Both the position numbers and the translations under genes were made by a program. Of a stretch of DNA of 64,000 nucleotides, positions 25,201-37,194 are shown piece after piece; position 1 is the stretch's first letter, and each line of letters starts with the position of its first letter. The notes below the pieces were generated by a model. It was not told the origin of the DNA, did no database searches, and saw only the letters and a program-made list of their open reading frames with translations. The stretch is from Geosiphon pyriformis uo1 (Eukaryota > Fungi > Glomeromycota). Where the stretch lies: assembly GCA_016748015.1 (NCBI GenBank), contig JAAOMT010000276.1, forward strand, positions 558,001 through 622,000, read 5' to 3'.

Positions 25201-25950
25201 ATAAATTATTATTTTTATAAATAATTTATATATTAATTATATATTTAATATTAAATTCTTAAAGCTTTTATAAAATCATTACTTTAATAAAAAATTTTGT
25301 TAACTAAAAAATTCAAAAGATTATTAATTATACTATTATTAAAAAAATTATTTATAATATATTTTATTTTAAAATTAATAATTTTTTTGCTTAAATTATT
25401 AACCAAAAATACTGAAATTTTTTTTAATTATAAAATTTTTTATTTTATTTAATATTATTATAAGTTAAAAATAACAAATTTTTATACAACAAATTACAAT
25501 ATATATTATAAAAATTAATATTAAAATTAAATAAAAAACTATATAATTAAAGTTAATTTAACAATATTAATTGACAACAAAAAAAAATTAGCAATTAGCT
25601 TAATTATAATAAAATTTTAAAAAATCTGATAAACTAAAAAACACTAATAAAATATAATAATTATAGTATATAATCTAATAATAACAGATTTTATTATGTT
25701 TTAATATTTTTGTATATTTTTAATAATATAATTTAATATTTCAGATTTACAATTATGGTTTAAAAATAGTTAATTAAAAAATATAATCAATTAATTTGTT
25801 TTAATTTTATTAATTATAATTATAATTAATATTATTAATATATAATTAAAATTTTAATATTATTTTTAATTTATTATTTATTATTTATTATTTAATTAAT
25901 AATCTAAAAATTTAGCAAAAAAAATTATAAAATTTTATAAATTATCTAAT

Positions 25951-26757
25951 TATAATATAGCATAATAATAATCTTAGAAAGATAATAATTAACATAATAG
26001 CAAATAACATCTTACAATAGTAATAAGCACTAGCTTGCAATGATAATCAATACCAATTGGTAATAGCAGCAAACACCAAGTTGAAATATTAAAAAAAAAG
26101 TATTATAATGTGTTTTTTTATAGAACTACAAACATAAAAATATATAGTAGCTTTAATATTAAGAAAAATAACAAGTTATAAAACAAGTTATTAAATAATT
26201 CATCTAATAATTTTACTTTAATTATCTTTTAGTTTTTATTTTTAATATAAATATCCACAAAAATTTTTAATCAAAAAAAAATAAAAAAGAATATTAAAAA
26301 CTGAATAATTGTAATTTAAAGTATTAAAAAACTTATTTGTATTATTTATTGAATAAAACTATTATTTATTAACTGAATCTCTTAAAAAAATAATTTCTGA
26401 TTAAGATTATTTATGTTGCTATTAATTGATAAAAGCTTTATTATAGAAATAAAAAAAAGTGCTAAAGACTATTAATATTTTATATTTCTAGATTAGAAAA
26501 ACACATTAGACAATTGCAAGAATAGTCTCAGAGAAAATTCTAGATAGCAGATAGATTTCAGTTTAGTCTCTTAAAAAGAATACATAAATATATACACAAT
26601 AATCAAAAATTAAGAAATAATTTATATTGTAATATTAAGAAAAAGTTTTTAATATAATAGTAATATTATTATATAAACAGAATTAAAGAACTTACAAGAA
26701 ACTGATTGCAATTAAAATAGAATATTAGCAATTAAAATAACCAAAAAAACTATTATA
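25951..26757. mobile_element. Possible decayed solo LTR of a third family
   Basis: Less AT-rich island with ends TATAA..TTATA (equal to TGTAA..TTACA after decay), flanked by taat on both sides. Has agcaa-rich repeats like LTR B. A chance match in AT-rich DNA is possible. Confidence 0.4.
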
Positions 26758-27327
26758 TAATAATATTAAGTAAGTTTAAATTAAGTTAATTAATTTAAAA
26801 TAATATTAATATAATATGTAAATTTTAAAAAATTTAGCTATATATAAGTTTTTTTTACATGTTTTTTTTCTATTATTCTAAAAAATTTTTTACATATATA
26901 CTTTTTTTATTATAAACAATTAGATTTAATTATATCATTTTTTTAATATATTATTAAAAAAAATTTTATTATAATAATATTCAAATAAATAAAATTATAT
27001 ATAAAATATTTTATTAGAAACATACTAATTAAATATTTAAACAATAAAATTTTTAATTTATATTTATTTTTTATAATTTTTTAATGATTTTTATATTTTT
27101 GTTTATTAAATTAAGTATTTAAAAGCCATATTTTTTTAATAAGTAATTAAAAAAATTTTGATTTAATTTTGATATAATAAATTTAGTTTATTATTAATTT
27201 ATTAACCCATTTAATGAGCGCAGTCCAATCGCTATCTAGTACATAGAACCAGACTAAGAGGCTCAAACTAAACGCGACTCACGCACTTTCTACATGTGGC
27301 TAGCCACTCAGGCCAGACAAGGCAACA

Positions 27328-30300
27328 CTACACATCTATAACTACCCGCACACTGCCACCCAGACCAGAAAAGAAACAATAAGGCTTCCGACGACCAAAG
27401 CTAACAGCAAAGGAATTGGCCAAACCAAGCAATCTCACAACACTGTCAGACAAAACCGAAGACACACCACAAGGGAGCCCAGAAACAACACCAACGTCAC
27501 AGACCAGACCAGCTTTCTCCATTACCACCCAGTGGCTGGCTCTAGCCAACCACACTTTAGCACAATATAATCCAACAACGAATCTAACATAATCAACAAT
27601 CCAAGCAGTGGCCACCTTTCTATCCTTAAAAACATTGCAAGCCTCCTCATACCACTCCTCCAGCACAAACCCTTTGCACACCAAAGTGTACAGTCTAACA
27701 TCAATGGAACATTGAGACAAAACCCACAACACAGCAGAAGTAGGGGAACCACCAGCCAAAGCTGACCAACGGGCAGAAGCCTCCGCCAAAATCTCACCAC
27801 GAATGCCAGACTCATGAACACAAGTAAAAACGTGATTAGAGAACTCCACCTCACCACAAAACAAACACAACACACTAGGGTAGCACTTATCATACAACCT
27901 CTTTCTTACAGCCACCGGCAACCTCCTGTGCACAGCCTTTATAACATAAGTGCGAAGCGTTGAGGATGTGTGGCTAGTGAACTCAGCAAGCATATGAGAA
28001 TCAGAATGCCACACCTTTGCCATGACAACCCAGTCTATGCAACCAATCATCACATCCGGAACTACATCACAACCAGGCCCAGCTTCCCAACGAGCACAAC
28101 AAATTGATCGAAAAATATTCCTGACAAAATGACAGGCATTACCAGAAACAGCAATACCCTCAGCAACCAAAAAATGTTCACGCACATCAGCACAAAGGGA
28201 AAAGGGAGACCCAGAGGCAGCCCCAGCAGCCAAGTCAGCTCTCACATTACCAGGAATCTCAGAGTGTCCTTTCACCTTAACCCAACTCACACTAAAATCC
28301 TTATTCCTGACCAAATTGAAAATATGACGCCTTTCTAGTCAGTATTGATTACGGAAATCAGGGGCAACCAAAGACATCTCAGACACACATGCATCAATGG
28401 CAGCCTGGCTGTCAAGATGTAACACCACAGTACTTAAAGAAGGAACACACTCCAAAGCCAAAGCAACAGCCTGTAACTCGGCCATAGTAGATAACAAAAG
28501 ACCACGAACAGCGACACCAATGCTCTTATCCAAGACCGGAAAGTATGCAGCAGCACCACAGACAACCTCAGCAGAGCCTGCATTCCTCAAAGACCCATCC
28601 ATGAAAACTTCAAAAAAGCCTGACCAAATGTCATGCAACCCATTTTTAACTGCAGAAAATTCCCCAGACCCCAAAATGTCCAAACCAAGCTTTTCCGCAG
28701 AGCCAACAGAACCAGAAAATGAGTAATCCTGACCTTTCAAAAACTCAGAAGAAACCATGAACCAGTGAGGCACAGAACCACATGGATCCAACCTTTTCCA
28801 ATGACAAAAAGTTTTCCAATTCAACAAAACACCTTTCTTATCAAAAAGCCGATCACCAAAAGTGACACCAAAATGTTTAAGAGATTTGACCAAATCAAAA
28901 TACAGAGACTTTCCAAGAACAGAGGACAATAGAAACTGACCAGGACTACGAAATACAGTGGGAAGGTTGTTTACCAAAGTAAGCTCATTGTCCAGAAAGA
29001 TCTTCACCATCCCAGCCAAAAAATTGTTCACTGGACTAACACGCAACCTGACTGGAAACTGCAAAGGATCCAAAGAAGCCCAACCAAGAACCTGTAGGTC
29101 CAAAAACCTATGTCTAAACAAATGCCCAAGAATGCCAAAGGCATTAGAGAACACCATCAAAGCAGCAACCTTCCCTTCTGACTGCACCTGCTCAAAAAGC
29201 TTTAGGCCATATAATAAGGAATGATGCAAAGCAGCATCAGAAAAATCACGGGGGAGACAAGCCTTGAATCTAAGACCCTTTCTAACTAAGGCATCCCACT
29301 TGTGACAAACATTAGATGAGACAAAACTGAACTGAGTACGATAGCTAACAATAGGCTGCAAAACAGCTGACACCAGATAAGAGAATTGTTTGTCTGTAAT
29401 AGCCTTCCTAAGCACAACATTGACGAAAAAACGTACATTTACATAAGCCTTGGCAACACTTGGCTTGGAGAGCCCTTCAGTCGACAGAAAAATACCCAGA
29501 TACTGATGTGCTTCCCCTTTCTTGGCAATAGAAATTGGCTGACCACAAATGTTCAGTGAAGCAACTTTAACGCCCTGATTGATGGGAATAGTTACCGTCT
29601 TCTCACTATTGATAGAAATATCATTGATCACAAAAAATTCACTGGCAATGTTCAGAGCATATTGAGTAGAAGCCTGACAATTTCCAACCCAGATCGTATC
29701 ATTGACAAACGCACCAGCTGAAAAATATGATGTTAAACCATTACTGCTCTTAATTCTGCCAGATTTTGAAACAAACTTAGTATCAATCCAGTACTTACAC
29801 AATTGTTTGTGCCTTTTAACCTCACACAAAAGCGGATCGTAAAAAATTCTCCAAAGAAGTGGTGAAAAGACCTCACCCTGGTCCAGCCTATCATGCACCT
29901 TATAACCACTAGACAAACCAAAGTCAGTCATCACCCTATTAACTTTATCCTCATGAATACCACCAAAAAACCTTATGAACCTCTCACACATCTTGACACG
30001 CCACAAACTAGCTCTTAAATGATGCCACTCAACTGAATTGTAAGCTTTCCGCATATCTTGCAAGACCAATCATAACTCCCTATCCTTCTCAATGGCATCC
30101 TCAATTACCGAACCGACAGCAAACACCGGAGATTGTGTTGACGTACCCTTCAGCACCGAAAAGTTGTCACCCTGAAGAACATTGAACTTGCTACAAACCA
30201 TTGAAATACGGTCAGACAGAATCTTGAAAAGAATCTTCCTGGCAGTCTCAATCAAAGCAATGGGCTGAGTGTTTGTAAGAACTCCATTCCAGTCATAAGG

Positions 30301-32013
30301 CTTAGAAATCATTGACACCCAAGTCCTCTTCCATAAAACAGGCACCACACCACCAGACAAACATTTATTAAACAGCGCCAACAGGCACCCCAAAACCACC
30401 TCACCATCATGTTTCCATAACTCATTAGGAACACCAGACAAACCAGCAGCCTTGTCATCAGGAAGACCATCAACAACAGAAAGTAACTCGTCCATACTGA
30501 TTGCACTCATAACACCTGAAAAAGCATCATCCCAAACATAGTCCAAAGGTGCGTACTGACAAGCCCAAAGACCAGGAAGCACTGACTGCATGAAGCGTTT
30601 TCTCATCCACCCCTCCATTATTCTATCCACACTGGACTTCACCTCTTCAGGCAACAAAACCAGATCATTATCAACTATCAAGTGATCCAACACAACCTTG
30701 CGAAAAGGCCTTTCCAACACGCTCCTGATCATACTATCCTTATCCGAACAGAAATTATTCATGCGCTTCTCAATTGCCTTCCTAACTGAAGCTTCCTCAG
30801 CCAACCTTGACTCAAACATCTTCGATCTCCTGTAATCTCTGCGAACCAATAACAAATGCCTAACAACAACATCAGATTTAACATCCGAACCAACCAAGTC
30901 CTTAAAAGCATGAGTCTTCGCGTCATCCAGAGTCGACCATTTATTCACAAGACGATCAGCGCCCAGCAAGTCACCAGAGCAAAATTTCTTGACAATCTTG
31001 GCCACCAACAATTCCAGACCAAAAAACCTAGAAGAATGTTTGTTTCTCGAACACTTGAATTTACTAAACCAATGCCTCGAAAATGTCACATTAGCAGAAT
31101 CCACCACAGCTCTCACCAAAACTGTCCATATAGCATCTACATCACCACGTATTTCGGCACCAGAGAGCACCTCACCCAAAGACAAAAGTTTAGCTGACGA
31201 GAGATCCTTAAACTTAGCCCATCCAACACAGTCAGCATTCTTGATTTTGAACTTCCAACGATCCTTATTCGTCTGCTTGCGCAAACTGTTCAATTGTATA
31301 TCTAGAAGGCCACTCAAACTGACTGAAACTACAACAGCCTTGTGATCGGTGTCAAAGAAATCTGAAACAGAAACAACTTGATGGCCAGCAACAACAGTAA
31401 ACAAATTACTACCAACAAAAATGTAATCAATTGTTTTCCCAACCCCTCTCAAATTGCTCCACATATAAGAATTAGCCAAATGATGATCAACAAATGAATT
31501 GACCAAACCTAAACTTAAGCAAAACTTGAAACTGGCACTTCTACCAAATCCATTCTCATTAAGGTCCCCACCCAAGATAACAAAATTGCTGGAGTTGACT
31601 GCCTTTGCAATGAGAGTGTTAACTTCAGAAGCCTGACCAAATCTAGCCCCAGAGGAGACACCAGTATACAACCCCAAAACAGTAACCAAGAGCTTGCCCT
31701 TAAACAGGAGCCGAACAGAAATAACCCGACCAGGAATCTCCTCCATTTTAGATACATGACGGGCCAAAAAAGTGTTCATAACAATCGCAACCCCAGCACC
31801 CATGAAACTCTTATCCAAGTCAGAAGAAAATATTTGCACTCCATCAAATTTATCTTTTAACCATGGCCCAGAAAAAAACCTCAACTTAGTCTCAGTGATA
31901 AAAGAAACCATATTTCCTGAGCTCACATGCCAACGAACAACATCCGCTTGCTTCGCGGGAACATTGATACCTCAAACGTTGCACATAGCAAATTTCCAAA
32001 CCAAACTACTCAT
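27328..32013 (-). pseudogene. LINE ORF2: APE endonuclease, RT, RNase H, CCHC zinc finger (1562 codons, 3 premature stops, no frameshift)
   Basis: One frame from ATG 32013, with TGA stops at 31972, 30070 and 28339. Motifs ITETK, GGDLN, IDYIF, TDH; QDMRKAYNSV, QGEVFSPLLW, AFVNDT, YLG; VFMDGS, AELQA, DSQA, GHS..GN.RAD; CLFC..HVFTC. Confidence 0.96.
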
Positions 32014-33971
32014 TGAGATGGAGGAAAAGCCAACGAACCCGATCCAGAATGCAGATGATCCAATCTATCCAAGACCAAGTGAACCGAAGTCTCAAGAGCC
32101 ATCATATTTGACTCCAAACCACCAATCTTGGCAGTCAAAACCTTAGAACTGCTCAGACTGAAATCAACAACTGACCCACCAACATTGGAAGAAGAAGAGG
32201 CAGACGACAACAATGTGCTATCCAAATCCAAACTTGAGTCCATATCTGAAACAATGGCAGTTGAAGACACCAAAGGAAGAGCTGAGGGAGAAGGCGCCAA
32301 TGGCACCAAGTCAATAAAACTTAATTTCTTTAAAATGAGTGAGACTTGGTCCGCGAGAATTTCCATGGAGCGTTCCAGCACAGCTAGACAACCACCTAGA
32401 TCGGCGGCACTAGACGAGAAGGAATCCATTGAGAAAGCCTTCGAACCAGAGACCAAACTGACACCAGGAGCACCCGAAGAGACAACACGAGAGGAAGAAC
32501 GGCCTGCCACTTGGGCCCATGTCTTTCCACCAAAAGAAACTGAACGAGCGACAGGGGCCGACTTCCTCTTATATATCCCAGCTAGACGAACCTGATTTTG
32601 CTCAGAAACCACCCTCCTTCCTCGAACACCAGAATACTCACCCAAGGAACAGTTGACCAAAACATGACCGAATTATTTACAATGAGCACAACTGGCCAAA
32701 GAAAGACCAGCCCAATGCAAACTCACATTTCTGAAAACTGGAACGGTACCAATAGCAGCCAACTTGGATGCCTCATTACCAAAACAAATTACAGCACATC
32801 TATTACAAACATATGAACTAGGGTTACGGCCGATATAACAAGTCTTCCCACCATATAATTCCAACAAACTGGAGAGATCATAAGCATTGGTGCCAACTGG
32901 AAGAGTATAGAGCAAAGCCCGATGCTGATCCCTCGATACTCACGTTTGTTTATCAATATTAGCCTTTGCCATGCAAACAGAATTTTTTTCCATAAGCACA
33001 GACCATCTAGCTGCGACCAAATCAGCCATCTCAGATGATTCATATTCCACCAGGGCCTTTTGCCAAAGACCAATAAGCTGCACTTTAATTGAAACAATCT
33101 TGCCAAACTTGGAGAATACTGCCTCAATTGCCGATTTGAGAAGATCTACTGAGATTTTCTTGATGATCACCTCCCGATCTGAATGGCTGTTTACTTTTCT
33201 TAGATCATCATTTACCAATATTTTTTCACTGATTGCCATTTCCCTCACCTTAAACAAACTTTTTTCAGATGTAAATGATGACCTTATTATTCCAGGAAAT
33301 TTTGAGGGAGTCGAAGTCCCCCCAAAACCATTAACCTGATAAAAAATTTTTTTCACACAAACCAACTTATCACCAATAGTTTTGCCAGGAATAGCAGATA
33401 GCTCAATATCCAATACAAACGATTTTGACGAAATAAAACTCCGTTTCTCTGGAGCACGTGACCCGACTAGAGGAAGGTGATTGGACCCACAAAGATTAGG
33501 ACTCGGAAGAGGCAGAGTGTCTTCACCATCACTTAGCACATTGAAAGAGAGAGGTGGCAGTTTACTGTTCAGCACATAGGTGCGGGTACGCGTCTTCCTT
33601 GGCGTGGCATCGTTCATGTCGTCATCCAAACCTGAAACATCCAACTCTGCATAGCTAGTTTCCTCAGCGACAACATTTTCCAAGTTATCCAAGTCTGAGA
33701 CGCCACTTACACTGTCTACTTTGCTGTTGACCTCGCTAGCCCACGATTGCCCAATATTAGGTCCGTCACCACTTTCATCCATAACATTTGAGACACCAGC
33801 AGACGACTCCACCAAACCATCAACTGCCACAGGTTTCTTCAGCTTCTTATAGGACGCACCATGAGATTGAAGACCAATCAAACACTTATTTTTGACACCA
33901 GACTGGGTCCCCAACCCAGCCGAAATGGACCCAGAACCACCAGCAGCAAAGCCCACCGGTTCTATAGCCAC
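32010..33971 (-). pseudogene. LINE ORF1 (about 653 aa; RRM-like, CCHC knuckle, coiled coils), 2 premature stops
   Basis: ORFs 32940-33971, 32673-32915 and 32010-32660 are in one frame; knuckle CAHCK*FGHVLVNC. Confidence 0.93.
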
Positions 33972-34119
33972 AAAAAGGGGAATGTCTGAAGAAATAACTG
34001 AAGGGAACAGAAGGGAATAAGAGAAAAGGAAGATATTTCTTTGACTACTCTATGCTCTCGTTATGGTCAGGGGATCAACGAAAGAAAGAGTTTTTTCATG
34101 TATTAATTTATTTTGTTTT

Positions 34120-37100
34120 TTATATTCAAATAAAATTTGATTTTTTTTTAAAACATAATATTAAGTTGGTTTTTATTCAAAAATAAACATTAATATTATA
34201 ATTTTTTTATAAATTTTTTTATTTTTACTTTTTTTGTATAATTATATTTATTTTATAATTAAAATATTTATAATATATAATACAATATTATTAAATAAAA
34301 TTATTATTATTAAGAAAACATTGTCAAATTTGTAATTTTACTAAGTAATAATATTTAAAAAAAAAATATTTATTAATTTTGTAATTAAAATAACCAAAAA
34401 ATCAATAGATTTAATAATATACTTAATTAGTAAAACCAATTTGGCCAACTTAAAATTAATTACAAAATTAATAATAATAACAACAAAAAAAAAAGCCAAA
34501 AAAACAATAGTTTTTGTGTCTAATTTTATATTAATAAAATAACTTTTAAAAATTTTATAATTAATTATAAATTTTTAAAAATTAAAAAAAACAAAAATAC
34601 TTTATAATTTAAAGCCAAATAATCTATATTTTAATACTTAAAATAACATTAATAATTAGTAATTTTTTGTCAAATACAATTTTATTATTATTATTATTAA
34701 CATTTTATAAATGAGACCTAAATGTCATTTAGTATAATATATTAAACTAAGTAATCTAAACTAGGTGTAAATTATGTATTTTCTATATATAACCAGCTAC
34801 TTGGGCCAATTAAAACAACAATATAAATCTATCTTAATAGATATTGTGCTATTAATACCAGAAAAAAAACTGCAAGATTTGTGAAAACTAAAACTAACAT
34901 CATGTGTTTTCACAATACCAAATAATTTAATAATATCATTAAAAAGCAATGATAAAAACCCATGAATTTCTGGGACACCAAATTATTACTTATAATTAAA
35001 CCTCTCTTATCTATAATCACTTTAAATCTGACTTTTATTATTTATATCTTTGTTTAATGTGTCATTTCCAAGCCTTTTACCAATTCAATGATCATTTTGC
35101 CAATAATTATAGTACATCTAAAAATGGATAAAGCCTTCAAATATTAATTCTTAAAAATAAAATCTTTATATAAAGCAGTATATATCCCAGGGTTAAAAGC
35201 ATATATAGAAAACATTTATATAACACAAAACAAAAATAGACTCAATTCTAATATAAAAATCTATTAAATTATATAAGAATTAAACAATTTTATATGAATA
35301 GAAGAGTCTATTACACATGTAAATAAATAATCAAAAAGTTTTACTTCTTTATAATGAAAACATAATACACTGGAATAAGCCTTATTAAACAAGCATTTTC
35401 TAATAATGACTGGCAAATAACAATGTAAAGCCTTCATAAAATATGAGCACAAATTAGTGATAAGTTTACTTATAAAGTCAGATACTATATGTAAATTAAG
35501 ATACTACACTAAAAAAGTCCAAATCCAATTCATATTTGTATTAATAATATTAGATTTAGATCTTATCTTCTACTAAGCTTGATAAATAGCTCTAAAGATA
35601 CTATGTACAAAATGATAAATATTTCCAGACATTTTTATTCTACCAGCCTTAATATAAATCTTCTTGACAAGAACAGAAAGTATCAAATTCAAACACAAAG
35701 CTAAGTTAGCTAACTTGTTAGCATGCTTATTGTCTGAAATTTCTGAATGGCTTTTTATCTTAGACCAAGATATATTAAGTCTCTTATTTCTAATAAAGTT
35801 TATTATATTATCTTTTTCTATTTAACACTAATTGTAGAAATCTGATAAAACCAATCTCAATTTAGCATTACAAGCATTCAGAGTGACCTAATTGTTTAAA
35901 TATACCACAATACTATTATTTGCAAGAACACATTTCAAAACCAGAACAATTGTTTGTAACTTAGCCATTGTAAAAGAAATCAAACCACCAATCTTGAATT
36001 TAATGCTTAAATTCAAGTCTGTAAAAAATGCAATTGTACTATATCTTATTTTACAAAAATTCAAGTTTTTTAAAGATCTATTTGTATAAACATTAATAAT
36101 ATTCAAATCAGCATCAGAAAGATACTGTTATATTGTAGAAAAACCATTAGAACCAAAAACATTCAAATACTGAGCATTACCAGCAAAAAGCTATGTAACA
36201 ATATGACAAAAAGAGTTGATCAAATACTTATATGTCAATTTGAACTATACAAAAACAGAACTCCTAAGATTGAGTCTTTTTTAATGACAAAAACTCTTTC
36301 AATCAAAAACCAAATTCTTTTTATCAAACAATTGCTTAATAAAAGTAATACTAAATTTTTTAAGTAATTTGAAAACATCATAGAATACTGATTTCTTTAA
36401 AACAAAAAACATTAAAGTACTACCTGAAAACTGAAATGAATTTTTTTTAAAGTATTAATTTTAATAATAATATTGTTTAAATTAATTTAAAAACTAAAAA
36501 TAATAATAATAATATCTTAATTATTAAATAAAAATAAAATTAATAAAACCAAAAAAAAATTATTAACTTAAATTAAACAGTTTTTTTTAATATAATAATT
36601 TTTTTATATTGTTTTTTTTAATAAAAATTGATTAATAAACCAAAACAGTATTTAAAAGTATATATGACTTAAATATACAATATTATATTATTATTGTTTA
36701 TAAAGTTTAATATTAGAAATTTTATTAAAAATATTTATAATATTTACAATAATTTAAAAAAATTTATTATAAAAAACAATAATATTAAAAATAACAAAAA
36801 AATAAATTAACAAGTTTAACTTATATAATAATATTTAAAAAAACTTAAAATATTAATTTTATATAGAAAATTTAAATAATTAATTTTAAATTTACAAAAT
36901 TGTGTAAAAAACTATTTATCTAAAAAAATTTTAATAATTAAAAACAGAAAAAAAAATTAATTTTTATCTAATTGGCTTAATTTTTAAAATAAATAATTTA
37001 ATAAATTAATTAGTTAAAATTATAAGTAAAAATACAACTTGTTTTGTTTTTAAAACCAAATATTAAATAATTTAATGATGTATTAAAATAAAATTAACTT

Positions 37101-37190
37101 TAATAAATATATTATTATTATTATTATTATTTAAATAAAAAAAATAATTACTGTTTATAATTAAATTAAAATAAATATTATAATATAATA
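34120..37190 (-). mobile_element. Family X copy interrupted by LINE L-e
   Basis: 34380-34680 aligns with 3080-3420, including the ghost CCHC at about 34603-34645. 36900-37060 aligns with 4150-4325. Confidence 0.55.
34695..36440 (-). mobile_element. 5'-truncated LINE (L-e): RNase H region to 3'UTR
   Basis: INVYTNRSL, TMAKLQTIVLVLKC and CSYFMKALHCYLPV; 3'UTR at 34700-34820. Confidence 0.88.
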
Positions 37191-37194
37191 AAAT

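Larger units (their letters stand above)
27204..34100 (-). mobile_element. Full-length, youngest LINE (L-d) with RNase H
   Basis: 5'UTR, ORF1, ORF2 and 3'UTR all present. 12-bp TSD tattaatttatt (27192-27203 and 34101-34112). GC-rich and CpG-retaining relative to the other copies. Confidence 0.97.

Noticed and set aside
22300-27190. I/K/F/L/N-rich ORFs (e.g. 23751-24077, 24189-24494, 24935-25201) as real membrane proteins
   Set aside because: Their composition is a by-product of AT-saturated decayed repeats.
28129-33339. Plus-strand ORFs antisense to the young LINE
   Set aside because: These are shadow ORFs of a GC-richer coding strand with no recognisable motifs.
27328-33971. In-frame TGA stops as TGA=Trp recoding (e.g. 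Mollicutes endosymbiont DNA)
   Set aside because: One stop replaces Arg (CGA) and one is TAA replacing Gln; neighbouring genes have spliceosomal introns. Mutation explains them better.
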